This document shows positions 12,483-22,880 of a DNA stretch of 64,000 nucleotides, one piece after another (within the stretch, counting starts at the first letter, position 1; each line of letters opens with the position of its first letter). A program made the translations under genes and the position numbers. Location: contig CBDCFN010000016.1 in the NCBI GenBank assembly GCA_965216315.1, positions 832,001 to 896,000 on the forward strand, written 5' to 3'. The stretch is from a bacterium. Its GTDB lineage: Bacteria; UBA10199; 2-02-FULL-50-16; JAJFLM01. The notes under the pieces were generated by a model that saw nothing but the letters and a program-made list of their open reading frames with translations, ran no database searches and was not told the DNA's origin.

Positions 12483-13829
12483 ATGCTGTTTCGTTTAGGC
12501 GCTGCGTTTTCAACCCTTTCTCGCCGCTTCATCCCTGAACCCTACGTTTTTGCTCTGTTCCTGACGCTGCTGGCTCTCGTGATGACGGTGCTGGGACAGT
12601 TTCAATTGGGGAAATCCTGGTCCGGGGTGGGAGAGTTGCTCGTCTTCTGGCAAAAGACCGGACTGTGGCAGTACCTCGAATTTGGTATGCAGATGGTGTT
12701 GGTCTTAGTGACGGGTCATGCTGTTGCCACCTCGCGTCCTGTTTTTAAGGTACTAAAAGGCATGGCCAATTGGCCACGCACGCCGACCAGTGCGATTATC
12801 ATGACGGCGGCGCTGAGTATCTTGGCGGGCATCGTTCACTGGGGCTTGGCGTTGATAGTAGGTGCTTATTTTGCGCGTGAAGTCGCTCATCGCTTTCAAG
12901 CGAGGGGTGAGTTGCTTCATTACCCCCTCTGTGGAGCCGCGGCCTATTTGGGTCTCATGATATGGCATGGCGGTTTGTCCGGTTCGGCGCCTCTCGTTAT
13001 GAATACGCCGGGCCATTTTCTGTCCGATCAAGTTGCGCTCATTCCGATCACAACGACCGTCCTTTCTTCGATGAACCTCATCTTGTTGTTAGTGCTGTTG
13101 GTCGGTTTGCCTCTGGTTGTTGGAATGATGCACCCGCGCCGTGCGGATCAAGTTGACATGTCGGCCGTTCCACCGTTGGAGCCTGAGATGGAGGCCGAGG
13201 AAAAGGGTTCTAGCTTGGCTCAGTGGTTGGAGCGAAGCAGTACGCTTTCTATGTTGGTTGCCATCATCGGGCTCGCGTCACTGTTTATCGCGGGGTGGGG
13301 GCGGTTTCGTTTATCGCTAAACTCGCTTAATTTTATTTTTTTGTTTCTAGGAATTATTTTACACCGCACACCGCGAAGTTATCTCAACTCCATTCAAGCA
13401 GGCGTGAAGTCAGCCAGCGGCATAATTATATTGTTTCCTTTTTATGCCGGTATTTATGGACTCTTGGCCTATGACGACATGATACGACAGTGGATTCAAT
13501 GGGCCGTGACCAGCGCGAATGAGACAGTATTTATCGTGGGGACGTTTCTGAGTGCCGGATTGTTGAATCTATTTGTACCGTCGGGTGGGGGGCAGTGGGG
13601 CATCCAAGGTCCGTTGGCAATTGCGGGGGCTGAGCAGCTGGGCATTCCTTTCTCCAAGATTACTATGGCCGTCGCCTATGGCGATGAATGGACGAATATG
13701 TTGCAGCCGTTTTGGGCTTTGCCTATCCTTCAGATTACTGGCTTGAAAGCCCGTGAAATAGTGGGATATACCTCGTTGATTATGTTGTTGTCACTGCCTG
13801 CGTATCTGTTGGTGTTAATTCTCTTTTGA
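12483..13829 (+). CDS. atoE: Short-chain fatty acid transporter (AtoE family)
   Basis: Polytopic membrane protein with GLSGSAPL, FVPSGGGQW, YGDEWTNMLQPFWALP. Start trimmed to ATG 12483. Confidence 0.85.
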   Translation: MLFRLGAAFSTLSRRFIPEPYVFALFLTLLALVMTVLGQFQLGKSWSGVGELLVFWQKTGLWQYLEFGMQMVLVLVTGHAVATSRPVFKVLKGMANWPRTPTSAIIMTAALSILAGIVHWGLALIVGAYFAREVAHRFQARGELLHYPLCGAAAYLGLMIWHGGLSGSAPLVMNTPGHFLSDQVALIPITTTVLSSMNLILLLVLLVGLPLVVGMMHPRRADQVDMSAVPPLEPEMEAEEKGSSLAQWLERSSTLSMLVAIIGLASLFIAGWGRFRLSLNSLNFIFLFLGIILHRTPRSYLNSIQAGVKSASGIIILFPFYAGIYGLLAYDDMIRQWIQWAVTSANETVFIVGTFLSAGLLNLFVPSGGGQWGIQGPLAIAGAEQLGIPFSKITMAVAYGDEWTNMLQPFWALPILQITGLKAREIVGYTSLIMLLSLPAYLLVLILF

Positions 13830-13839
13830 GGAGTAAATT

Positions 13840-14088
13840 GTGTTTGGCTTAGGTTTTGGTGAAGTAACGATAATCCTGCTCGTGGCTCTGGTTTTTCTGG
13901 GTCCCAAGCGACTCCCTGATGTTGGTCGAAAAATCGGTGAATTCTACCGCCAGTTTCGCGATGCTGCGGATACCGTTAAAGGAACGATTTCGGGTGAATT
14001 TGAAGAAACAACGGAAAAGGATTCCGCTGAATCGTCGCAAGTGAATTCAGTGAGCAGAGATAAGGATAGCAGTGACCGAAGCGAATAA
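13840..14088 (+). CDS. tatB: Twin-arginine translocase TatA/TatB family subunit
   Basis: MFGLGFGE..., LGPKRLP; directly upstream of tatC. Confidence 0.8.
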   Translation: MFGLGFGEVTIILLVALVFLGPKRLPDVGRKIGEFYRQFRDAADTVKGTISGEFEETTEKDSAESSQVNSVSRDKDSSDRSE

Positions 14089-14797
14089 AATGCCCTTGAT
14101 GCAGCACCTGGAGGAGTTGCGTACGCGTATTTTGCGCATTATGGCGGCCATGGCGGCAGGGTGTGTCATTGGCCTGATTTTCTCCAAAAAAATCTATCAT
14201 TGGCTGGCGGCGCCGATGCAGCAAATCCTCGGTGAGCAGGCTCATTTTATTGCCACGAGTCCGTTGGAAGCCTTCATGACTTATATGCGGACCGGCTTTG
14301 TTGCAGGCCTGTTTCTTGCCGTGCCGGTAATTTTTTTCCAGTTTTGGCAGTTTATCGCCCCTGGGCTGCATAAAGGCGAGCAAAAGGGCACGATGTTGTT
14401 CGTCACCATGACTACCTTCTTTTTTATAGGGGGGGCATTATTTGGTTACTTCATTGTGTTTCCCACAAGCTTTCATTTTTTTGCCGCATTGCTGTCTGAT
14501 ACCGGCATTCAATTGCTTCCTAAAATGAATGAATATTTCGGATTTGCCGTCCGGCTTCTCCTGGCGTTCGGTCTCGTTTTTGAGCTGCCCGTCTTGATAT
14601 TGATGTTGGCGCGGCTGGGAATTGTCAGCTCAGCCATGTTGAAAAAAGCGCGGCCCTATACAATCGTAGCCGTGTTTATTGTGGCGGGCTTGATGACAGG
14701 CCCTGATATTGCCTCACAGTTTTTAATGGCGATTCCGCTCTTGATCCTTTTTGAAGTAGGGATCATACTAGCACGGTTGTTTGGCAAAAAGGGGTAA
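14072..14797 (+). CDS. tatC: Twin-arginine translocase TatC
   Basis: HLEELRTR, WQFIAPGL, FGLVFELP, PDIASQ. Confidence 0.95.
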   Translation: MTEANKMPLMQHLEELRTRILRIMAAMAAGCVIGLIFSKKIYHWLAAPMQQILGEQAHFIATSPLEAFMTYMRTGFVAGLFLAVPVIFFQFWQFIAPGLHKGEQKGTMLFVTMTTFFFIGGALFGYFIVFPTSFHFFAALLSDTGIQLLPKMNEYFGFAVRLLLAFGLVFELPVLILMLARLGIVSSAMLKKARPYTIVAVFIVAGLMTGPDIASQFLMAIPLLILFEVGIILARLFGKKG

Positions 14798-14875
14798 GGA
14801 AAGGCTTGGTAGGATCGATATAGCTGTGGTAGTATTTGGTTCATTTTTTCAATAAGCACAAATGGGGGTATTCCA

Positions 14876-15619
14876 ATGAAGTTTCGAAAGAATCAGGTTA
14901 ATAAGCTTATCTTCGCGATGATCATGGCAAGTTTTCTACCGGCTGCAGGTTGCACGGGGGGCATGTCGGATGAGGCGATTAAAGCCTATCTCGAGAAAAA
15001 TCCCGAAATCATTAAGGCCCAGGTTGAGGCCGTTCTTAACGAGAAAGGGATTCGGGGTCGGCCCAAGCCGAAATCGATCGACGAATTGATGAAATCCCGC
15101 ATTAAGGTGGGGTTGAACAATGCCCCGATCAAAGGGGCCAAAGATGCCCCGATCACGATTGTCGAATTTTCCGACTTTCAATGTCCTTTTTGTAAGCGCG
15201 TCAATCCTACCATGGATCAGTTGCTGAAAGACTACGAGGGTAAAGTTCGCGTCGCGTTTCGTCAGCATCCTTTAAGTTTCCATAAGCAGGCCATGCCGGC
15301 AGCGAAGGCGTCTTTGGCGGCCCATGAGCAGGGGAAATTTTGGGAAATGCACGACGAGTTATTCGAAATTCAGCGGCAGCTGACGGATGAGAATATTCTC
15401 AAGGCGGCTAAAAAAATTGGCCTGGATATTAAAAAATTCGAAAAAGACTGGAAGTCGAATAAATATGATGCCCAGATTCAGGAGGACATCAAATTTGCAC
15501 GTTCCAATGGGGCAACCGGGACGCCGGCTTTCTTTGTCAATGGTGTTTACGTTAAGGGCGCGAAGCAAGCCCCTTATTTTAAGCGCTTGATCGATAAATT
15601 ATTGGCAGAAAATAAGTAG
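14876..15619 (+). CDS. DsbA-family thiol-disulfide oxidoreductase, probable lipoprotein
   Basis: EFSDFQCPFC and GTPAFFVNG; lipobox-like AAGC. Confidence 0.88.
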   Translation: MKFRKNQVNKLIFAMIMASFLPAAGCTGGMSDEAIKAYLEKNPEIIKAQVEAVLNEKGIRGRPKPKSIDELMKSRIKVGLNNAPIKGAKDAPITIVEFSDFQCPFCKRVNPTMDQLLKDYEGKVRVAFRQHPLSFHKQAMPAAKASLAAHEQGKFWEMHDELFEIQRQLTDENILKAAKKIGLDIKKFEKDWKSNKYDAQIQEDIKFARSNGATGTPAFFVNGVYVKGAKQAPYFKRLIDKLLAENK

Positions 15620-15622
15620 GCT

Positions 15623-16135
15623 TTACTCAATGACGATGAGGGTCTGGCCGTCTTCGACGGCCTGACCTTCTTCGCATTGGATCTCTTTGACCGTTCCGGC
15701 AACTTCCGCGTTTAATTCATTTTCCATTTTCATGGCCTCGACAATCACAACCCCTTGGCCGGGTTCGACTTTGTCTCCTACCGCCACCTCGATTTTGACG
15801 ACACGGCCCGGCATGGGACTGGAAACGACTTGGGCCCCCTCCACGAGGCCTCCGGCAGCGGCGCCCGACCGTTTGCGCCGTGGATCATAGACATCGATGT
15901 CCCAGGTGGCGCCACGCAAAGTGACGCGCAATTTGTTGTTTTTTAGGGGCTGAATCGTGGCTTCATATGACTCGCCACCGATAATCAATGACCAGACGTC
16001 CGGTTCGACACGTTGTGAGTCGACAGTGAACGTCTTGTCGCCAAGCCGGATTGTATTGAGTCCCGCCTCATCTGTTTCCAGCTCAATCGTTTTGGTGTCG
16101 CCGCCAAAGAGGGCCTCGAGTTTTTTCTTAGTCAC
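15623..16135 (-). CDS. Biotin carboxyl carrier subunit of acyl-CoA carboxylase
   Basis: SPMPGRV and EAMKMENE biotinylation motif. Likely GTG start at 16135, overlapping the biotin carboxylase end. Confidence 0.9.
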   Translation of the reverse strand: MTKKKLEALFGGDTKTIELETDEAGLNTIRLGDKTFTVDSQRVEPDVWSLIIGGESYEATIQPLKNNKLRVTLRGATWDIDVYDPRRKRSGAAAGGLVEGAQVVSSPMPGRVVKIEVAVGDKVEPGQGVVIVEAMKMENELNAEVAGTVKEIQCEEGQAVEDGQTLIVIE

Positions 16136-17633
16136 TGTGAGTGGCCTCCCGACGCGCAGCAATTTTCCAGGGTGAGATAGCCGGGCCCGCCGCTTCGCGA
16201 TCATCGGAGTCTTGGGGACCCAGCTCATCAAAGGCGAGGGAGGCTGCGATGATCGCAACTTCTTCGAGCTCTGTAGGGTGTCCGGCCTGATACCATTCAC
16301 CCATTGTGCCGATAAAGCCGGTGTCAAACTTGCCTTCGCAAAAATCTTTATTGTTGAGAACTTCTTGGTGGAAGAGGATATTATGTTTGACGCCATCAAT
16401 TCGATACTCGCGGAGTGCACGTCGCATTCTCTCAATCATTTCTCGGCGGGTTCGACCCCAAACGATGAGTTTGGCTATCATTGGATCGTAGTAAATGCTG
16501 ATTTCACTTCCGGGGAATACCGCCGAATCAATGCGAATTCCAGGCCCCTCCGGATTGCGCACGGCTTCAATGGTTCCGGGCGATGGCATGAAGTTATTCT
16601 CGGCATCTTCAGCGTAGATCCGACATTCGAGGGCATGGCCGCGCAGTTGGATCTCATCTTGTTTGTAGCGTAAAGGTTCTCCTGCGGCGATGTGAAGCTG
16701 CTCTTTGACCAAGTCGAGACCGGTAACGAGTTCAGTGACGGGATGTTCCACTTGGAGGCGCGCATTCATTTCGAGAAAATAATAGTTTTGATCTCTATCG
16801 ACGAGAAACTCCAGTGTCCCCGCGCCCGCATAACCGACTTCTTTGGTGAGGTTGACGGCCGCTTCGAGGAGTTTTTGTCGAGTGTTATCAGAGATGAACG
16901 GGGAAGGCGATTCTTCTAAAACTTTTTGATGACGTCGTTGAATAGAGCAGTCACGTTCTCCCAACGCAATAACATTACCGTGGGTATCACCAAGGATCTG
17001 AATTTCAATATGATGGGGCTCAACGACAAATTTCTCAATAAAGACCGCATCATCGCCGAACGAGGACTTGGCTTCGGACTGTGTCATTTGAAAGGCCGAT
17101 TCGATTTCTTCGGCGCTCTCGACCCGACGCATGCCTTTGCCCCCGCCGCCGGCGCTGGCTTTAAGCATAACCGGGTACCCAATTTTGTCGGCAACCTCTT
17201 TGGCCTCGGGGGCGTCTTTGAGGGGGCGCTCAATACCTGGTACGGTTGGAACCCCGGCGCGATCCGCTAATTTGCGTGCTGAGATCTTGTCTCCGAGTGA
17301 TTTCATTGCTTTGGACGTGGGACCGATGAAGACAATGCCGGCTTTTTTGCAGGCGTCACTGAAGGCGGCATTCTCAGAGAGGAAACCATAACCGGGATGA
17401 ATCGCCTCTGCTTCAGTTTGCTTGGCGACTTCGAGTATCTTATCCATAACCAGATAGCTCTCATTCGCCGGTGCGGGACCGATGAGATAGGCCTCATCGG
17501 CCATGCGCACGTGGAGACCATCGCGGTCGGCCTCGGAATAGACGGCAACCGTCTTGATGCCACGTTCGCGACAGGTGCGGATGACGCGGATGGCAATTTC
17601 ACCGCGGTTGGCTATGAGAATTTTTTTAAACAT
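16128..17633 (-). CDS. accC: Biotin carboxylase subunit (acetyl/propionyl-CoA carboxylase)
   Basis: ILIANRGEIA, HPGYGFLSEN, GGGGKGMR, RLQVEHPVTE. Confidence 0.93.
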   Translation of the reverse strand: MFKKILIANRGEIAIRVIRTCRERGIKTVAVYSEADRDGLHVRMADEAYLIGPAPANESYLVMDKILEVAKQTEAEAIHPGYGFLSENAAFSDACKKAGIVFIGPTSKAMKSLGDKISARKLADRAGVPTVPGIERPLKDAPEAKEVADKIGYPVMLKASAGGGGKGMRRVESAEEIESAFQMTQSEAKSSFGDDAVFIEKFVVEPHHIEIQILGDTHGNVIALGERDCSIQRRHQKVLEESPSPFISDNTRQKLLEAAVNLTKEVGYAGAGTLEFLVDRDQNYYFLEMNARLQVEHPVTELVTGLDLVKEQLHIAAGEPLRYKQDEIQLRGHALECRIYAEDAENNFMPSPGTIEAVRNPEGPGIRIDSAVFPGSEISIYYDPMIAKLIVWGRTRREMIERMRRALREYRIDGVKHNILFHQEVLNNKDFCEGKFDTGFIGTMGEWYQAGHPTELEEVAIIAASLAFDELGPQDSDDREAAGPAISPWKIAARREATHSD

Positions 17634-19183
17634 TATAGTGGAATATTGCCGTGCTTCTTCGGTGGATTCTTATCCCGCTTGTTTTCTAGCATCTCGAGAG
17701 CATTAATGACCCGCGGCCGTGTTTCCGCCGGACGGATCACTTCATCGATATAACCAAGCTCCGCTGCCTTGTAAGGATTGGCAAAGGTATCACGGTAATT
17801 TTGTACGAGCTCTGTTCTCTTACTATCCGCATCATCGGCATTGGCCAGTTCTTTCCGAAAGATAATGTTAACGGCGCCGTCGGGGCCCATCACTGCGATT
17901 TCGGCTGTCGGATAGGCGAAATTGACGTCGCCGCGGATATGCTTGGAACTCATGACGTCATAGGCGCCCCCGTAAGCCTTGCGGGTAATAACCGTGACTT
18001 TGGGGACCGTGGCCTCGCAGAAGGCGTAGAGCAGTTTGGCTCCATGGCGGATAATGCCACCCCATTCTTGGTCCGTGCCCGGCAAGAAACCGGGAACATC
18101 GACAAAGGTGACGATGGGGATGTTAAAGGAGTCGCAAAAGCGGACAAATCGAGCGCCTTTTACCGAGGCGTTAATATCGAGGCAGCCGGCCAGGACACTG
18201 GGCTGGTTGGCGACGATGCCTACCGTGCGTCCGTCCATGCGCGCAAAGGCAATAATCATATTTTTGGCATAGTGCTCGTGGACCTCAAAGAAGGAGTCGG
18301 TATCGATGACGGCTTGGATGACTTTTTTCATGTCATAAGGTTTATTGGGATTGTCTGGAATGAGTTTGTCCAAGGACTCATCCATGCGATCCGCTTTATC
18401 CGTCGTCGGCAACTTGGGTGGGTCTTCCAGATTATTGGAAGGGAGGTAGCTGATTAGCTCGCGGAGACGATGGAGGCAATCTTCATCGTTTTCGGCGGCA
18501 AAGTGAGCGACGCCGGAGGTGGCGTTGTGAGTCATGGCACCGCCTAAGTCTTCCTTGTTAACATCCTCATGAGTGACGGTTTTGATGACTTCGGGGCCCG
18601 TAATAAACATGTGAGACGTGCCTTTCACCATCATAATAAAATCTGTCATGATTGGTGAGTAGACAGCGCCGCCAGCACATGGTCCCATAATCGCTGAGAT
18701 CTGCGGAATAACCCCCGATGACATGACGTTGCGTTGAAAGATATCGGCATAACCGGCGAGGCTGACGACACCTTCTTGAATGCGCGCGCCACCAGAGTCA
18801 TTGAGCCCAATAACGGGGGCGCCGACTTTCATGGCATGGTCCATCACCTTGCAGATTTTTTCAGCAAAGGCCTGGCCCAGAGAGCCGCCAAAGACCGTGA
18901 AGTCCTGGGCGAAAACAAAGACGAGCCGACCGTCTATCTTGCCATAACCCGTGACGACGCCATCGCCGTAGACCTTTTTCTTGTCGACCCCAAAATCAGT
19001 GCAGCGGTGGGTGACAAAACGATCGGTTTCGACGAAGCTCCCCGGGTCGAGGAGGAGATCGATGCGCTCACGGGCAGTTAATTTGCCCGCGGCGTGGTGC
19101 TTTTCGACGCGCTCGGGCCCGCCCGCTTGCGCGGCCAGTTCGGTTTTCTCTTGTAATTCCTTTAGCTTAGCTTCTAAACTCAT
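17633..19183 (-). CDS. pccB: Acyl-CoA (propionyl/methylmalonyl-CoA) carboxylase carboxyltransferase subunit
   Basis: [28 protein letters not shown]-terminal KKHGNIPL. Confidence 0.92.
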   Translation of the reverse strand: MSLEAKLKELQEKTELAAQAGGPERVEKHHAAGKLTARERIDLLLDPGSFVETDRFVTHRCTDFGVDKKKVYGDGVVTGYGKIDGRLVFVFAQDFTVFGGSLGQAFAEKICKVMDHAMKVGAPVIGLNDSGGARIQEGVVSLAGYADIFQRNVMSSGVIPQISAIMGPCAGGAVYSPIMTDFIMMVKGTSHMFITGPEVIKTVTHEDVNKEDLGGAMTHNATSGVAHFAAENDEDCLHRLRELISYLPSNNLEDPPKLPTTDKADRMDESLDKLIPDNPNKPYDMKKVIQAVIDTDSFFEVHEHYAKNMIIAFARMDGRTVGIVANQPSVLAGCLDINASVKGARFVRFCDSFNIPIVTFVDVPGFLPGTDQEWGGIIRHGAKLLYAFCEATVPKVTVITRKAYGGAYDVMSSKHIRGDVNFAYPTAEIAVMGPDGAVNIIFRKELANADDADSKRTELVQNYRDTFANPYKAAELGYIDEVIRPAETRPRVINALEMLENKRDKNPPKKHGNIPL

Positions 19184-19211
19184 GGGTAATCTCTTGAAAT
19201 TATTGCGCTTT

Positions 19212-19240
19212 TTCTAAATATCCTGACGCAGAATGTCAAT
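19212..19240 (-). promoter_or_regulatory. Sigma-70-type promoter of the carboxylase operon
   Basis: Minus strand reads TTGACA-N17-TAGAAA upstream of pccB; coordinates approximate. Confidence 0.5.
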
Positions 19241-19272
19241 AAAAATTCCGGCGGGTCTCCAGCCCGCTTTAG

Positions 19273-19298
19273 CAACTCTGGGCGATCCCCGTCGATAG
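19273..19298 (+). promoter_or_regulatory. Putative alternative-sigma promoter, copy 1
   Basis: CAACT-N13-GTCGATAG immediately 5' of orphan ORF 19301/19313. Confidence 0.6.
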
Positions 19299-19300
19299 AA

Positions 19301-20194
19301 ATGCATCGGGTCATGGTGCTACTCAACCTCCATTCAGTGAAATTTGCTCAGGCCGCGGTGCTTGCGGGCAGTTCGGCCGCGCTGACACTTACCCAGGTCA
19401 TGCACAATATCAATACGCGCCTCGGGCACATCGAGCGGACCCTGGCCACGGAGCCGAATGTCCTGGCCGTAAAGGGGATCCAGGAGGTGGTTGATAAGCA
19501 CATGAGCTTTATCGCGGGGTTTGACCGCCAGCCCATCCATGTAGATGGTGAGATCGAACAAGATATTCGCGTCGATTTAGGCCGTTGGATTGACGGGATG
19601 ATCCAGTTTAACGAATATTTTAAAGTGCAAGGTGATCTTGAAAGGGCGCGGTATGATTTCAGTATTATGCGCAAGCCTTTCGATGAGCTCCAAGTCCGTT
19701 TGCGCGATGCGGATTTTTCGGACGCGATAGTCATAGAAGATGATGACATTGTTGAGGTCGATTCGTCCGAGCATGATATTTATATTTATGAAGAAGGCGA
19801 TGAGGCGGACTTACATCGGGTTGCGGCGGGTCGGCGCCATCATCGGGCCGCACGTGCGCGTTATCTTTTTCCGCAAGAAGTGATTGATTTGCGTCAGTAT
19901 AAAGATCGGGTGACCGTGGAGTATTTAATTGAAAAAATAATTAATCCACGGTTGGCGCTATTGTCAGAGGGGACGCATTTTATCATTGATGTTGAAGTCG
20001 ATCGGCAGACACTGCAAAATATGGCGTGGGCCCTTTGGCAGCGCTATAAATTGTCGGCAACGGCGTTTGAAGATAAGGCACTTATTTTAAGACTTTCCTC
20101 ACAAGGTCAGCAATGTCGCATCTATATTGACTCGACAAGTTCGCGTGGCAACTACCTGACGATGACACCAGAGGCCATTCCGATCCCGGAATAG
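19301..20194 (+). CDS. Hypothetical protein (start may be ATG 19313)
   Basis: 297-aa ORF filling the gap; acidic central tract; no family recognised. Confidence 0.75.
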   Translation: MHRVMVLLNLHSVKFAQAAVLAGSSAALTLTQVMHNINTRLGHIERTLATEPNVLAVKGIQEVVDKHMSFIAGFDRQPIHVDGEIEQDIRVDLGRWIDGMIQFNEYFKVQGDLERARYDFSIMRKPFDELQVRLRDADFSDAIVIEDDDIVEVDSSEHDIYIYEEGDEADLHRVAAGRRHHRAARARYLFPQEVIDLRQYKDRVTVEYLIEKIINPRLALLSEGTHFIIDVEVDRQTLQNMAWALWQRYKLSATAFEDKALILRLSSQGQQCRIYIDSTSSRGNYLTMTPEAIPIPE

Positions 20195-20239
20195 GGCTTT
20201 TCTTGCGAAATTTCGATAATTGACGCGGCGTTCAGGTCA

Positions 20240-20265
20240 CAACGGGAGCGAATCTTATCCGATAA
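20240..20265 (+). promoter_or_regulatory. Putative alternative-sigma promoter, copy 2
   Basis: CAACG-N13-TCCGATAA, followed by an AGGAGG RBS. Confidence 0.62.
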
Positions 20266-20276
20266 GGGCTTAGGAG

Positions 20277-20915
20277 GTGACTGTGATTCTAACCAGTGGA
20301 CTATCGCTTTGCGCACTGCCGGCCGCTATCTGTGCGGCGGCGCCCCCGCAAAATACGACCGTCAATGAGTCAATGAGTGTCGATGATGTACTGAGTGCAA
20401 CGCAGGCCATTGATGCGGGGGCACCTATTGTTAGCCGGTCTGTGCGACACTACTATCGATTGCCGGCAGCGATTGATGAAAGCACCGGAATACTCGCCAA
20501 TGCAATCACGGCCCTGAAAGCCACGCCATCTAATGGGGAAGCTATATTGCGCTTTAGCGTTGGATCGGAGACTCTTGAGACTATCGCGGCCCACTTAAGA
20601 GATGTCTTTAGTATTCGCGCGGGAGAGATCGCGACTCCTTTAAAGGCAATGAGTGCCGGTCTCAACAGGTTATACCTGGATGTCATTAATGACTGGGCGG
20701 CTGCAAATAAGGATTATCCTGCGGTGTCACGGTTTCAGGCTCTCGCTCGACAGGTCGGTGATGAATGGGTATTTCATCTGAAGAATCACGAATTACCATC
20801 GGAGCCAAAGACGCTCGTCTTGCAGGCCTGGGGAGCCTATGACAATCAAAAACTGCTCAATGAGATTAGAATCCAGATTGGTGCTGTATCTCAAGACGCA
20901 GCGAGCCTCAATTAA
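20277..20915 (+). CDS. Hypothetical protein (start may be GTG 20283)
   Basis: 212-aa ORF; AGGAGG at 20272-20277; no family recognised. Confidence 0.72.
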   Translation: MTVILTSGLSLCALPAAICAAAPPQNTTVNESMSVDDVLSATQAIDAGAPIVSRSVRHYYRLPAAIDESTGILANAITALKATPSNGEAILRFSVGSETLETIAAHLRDVFSIRAGEIATPLKAMSAGLNRLYLDVINDWAAANKDYPAVSRFQALARQVGDEWVFHLKNHELPSEPKTLVLQAWGAYDNQKLLNEIRIQIGAVSQDAASLN

Positions 20916-22101
20916 AGCGAATTTTTCTAAACTTACGCTTGCCAACCTGACAAAGATAGGCGCCGGGAACCTTTAGTTGGGTTTTGACATCACTTACTTT
21001 CTTCTCATCAATACGAACACCGCCTTGTTCAATCATTCGCCTTGATTCCGACTTGGATGCCGTCATGCCGGCCTCAGTGATGGCCTGAATGAGTGGATAG
21101 TTCGACTTCCCCGTCTCGATTGCAAATTCCTCGATTTCAGAAGGCAGCTGTTTGGCTGCAAAAATCTTTTCAAACTCCTGAACCGCGGCTTTGGCTGCAG
21201 CCTCATCGTGAAACCGCGCGGTTAATTCTTGGGCGAGTTGAGATTTGGCCGCTTTAGGGTGAAGGGTGCCGGCCGCGACGTCCTTTTTGAGCTGCTGTAT
21301 TGCTTCGCCCGAGCGATCGGTGAGGAGCTCGAAGTAATTCCACATTAATTCATCGCTGATCGACATGACCTTGCCGTAGATTTCTCCCGGGGCCTCCTGG
21401 ATACCGATGGCATTCCCATAAGACTTACTCATCTTTTGAGCGCCGTCCGTTCCTACTAAGAGGGGGAGGGTCATAATGCATTGCGGTTCTTGATCGTAAC
21501 GCTTCTGGATCGTGCGACCGGTAAGTAAATTGAAGAGTTGATCCGTGCCTCCCAATTCAATATCAGCTTTTAATACGACCGAATCGTAGGCCTGAATCAG
21601 CGGATAATAAAATTCCATGATGCTGATATCTTGTCCCTGGTCCATCCGCTTTTTGAAGTCATCGCGTTCCATCATTCGAGCGACCGTATGTTTAGAGCCT
21701 AAGGTGGCAAATTCAATGATAGACATCTTATCAAGCCATTCGGAGTTGTAACGAATTTCGGCCTTGTCGATGTCAACAACTTTGCCAGCCTGTTTGATAT
21801 AGGTTTCGGCGTGCGCGCTAATTTCTGCTTCGGAGAGCATGGGGCGCGTTTCGCTTCGTCCGGTAGGGTCGCCGATCCGTGCGGTGAAGTCACCGACTAG
21901 AAATATGACTTGATGTCCCAATTGTTGAAGTTGGCGCAGTTTTTGTAAAAGGACGACATGCCCCAAGTGGAGGTCGGGTGCGGTGGGGTCGAAACCCGCC
22001 TTAATGCGTAGCGGCTTGTTGCGGTTCAGCTTTTTTTGAAGCTCGTCCTCAGAGATGATCTCTACGGTTCCGCGACGAATTATAGTTAGTGGTTCGGTCA
22101 T
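20908..22101 (-). CDS. tyrS: Tyrosine-tRNA ligase
   Basis: GFDPTAPDLHLGH, GGTDQ, KMSKS, C-terminal S4 domain. Confidence 0.97.
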   Translation of the reverse strand: MTEPLTIIRRGTVEIISEDELQKKLNRNKPLRIKAGFDPTAPDLHLGHVVLLQKLRQLQQLGHQVIFLVGDFTARIGDPTGRSETRPMLSEAEISAHAETYIKQAGKVVDIDKAEIRYNSEWLDKMSIIEFATLGSKHTVARMMERDDFKKRMDQGQDISIMEFYYPLIQAYDSVVLKADIELGGTDQLFNLLTGRTIQKRYDQEPQCIMTLPLLVGTDGAQKMSKSYGNAIGIQEAPGEIYGKVMSISDELMWNYFELLTDRSGEAIQQLKKDVAAGTLHPKAAKSQLAQELTARFHDEAAAKAAVQEFEKIFAAKQLPSEIEEFAIETGKSNYPLIQAITEAGMTASKSESRRMIEQGGVRIDEKKVSDVKTQLKVPGAYLCQVGKRKFRKIRFN

Positions 22102-22880
22102 CAAATTGAAATATCGATACGTTCGATAGCCGTCGCCTGGCGAGTCATTTCATTGGCCTCGATAAGCACGGAGCAAAAACGCACATCGCCTGTGGCGACG
22201 ATAAATTTTTCACGAAGATGACCGAAAAGGCGTTTGAGCGCAACATTTTTGTCCAGCCCAATGACCGACTCATAAGGCCCTGTCATGCCGATATCGCCAA
22301 TGTAGGCGGTTCCACCGGGTAGGACTTGCGCATCGGCGGTCGGAATGTGGGTGTGGGTTCCGACGACGCCGGTCACGCGCCCGTCACAGTGCCAGCCCAT
22401 TCCTCGTTTCTCGGAGCTTGCTTCCGCGTGCATATCGACGAGGATAATCTCGGCCTTGCCCTGCATTTTTTTAATTTCGCGGTCAACGGCACGAAAAGGG
22501 CAGTCCGTGCGGCCCATAAAGAGTTGCCCTTCGACGTTAATGATGCCGACCGGAACATCATTGCGCGCCGTGACGACGACGCTGCCCGCGCCGGGCTGTT
22601 CGGGCGGGTAGTTAGCAGGGCGGATCAGCTTTGGGTTTTCCGAGATATAGGACAGGATTGAACGCTGATCCCAGATATGATTTCCCGTCGTAATGACATC
22701 AACGCCATTTTTGAATAGTTCGTCACACATCTTAGGGGTAATGCCGCGCCCTCCGGCTGCGTTTTCACCATTGGCGACGACAAAATCAATATTTTGGTCT
22801 TGTATCAGTTGGGGGAGTACGCTTTTGACCGCATTGCGGCCGGGTTCTCCAAAAATATCTCCGATTAATAGTAGTTTCAT
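22101..22880 (-). CDS. ymdB: YmdB-like metallophosphoesterase
   Basis: IGDIFG, NGENAAGG, TGNH, DMHAEASSEK, GTHTH. Confidence 0.92.
   Translation of the reverse strand: MKLLLIGDIFGEPGRNAVKSVLPQLIQDQNIDFVVANGENAAGGRGITPKMCDELFKNGVDVITTGNHIWDQRSILSYISENPKLIRPANYPPEQPGAGSVVVTARNDVPVGIINVEGQLFMGRTDCPFRAVDREIKKMQGKAEIILVDMHAEASSEKRGMGWHCDGRVTGVVGTHTHIPTADAQVLPGGTAYIGDIGMTGPYESVIGLDKNVALKRLFGHLREKFIVATGDVRFCSVLIEANEMTRQATAIERIDISI

Noticed and set aside
12321..16435. Long N-terminal extensions of AtoE and the biotin carrier in the ORF track
   Set aside because: They overlap purF and accC respectively and are artefacts of taking the first available start codon.
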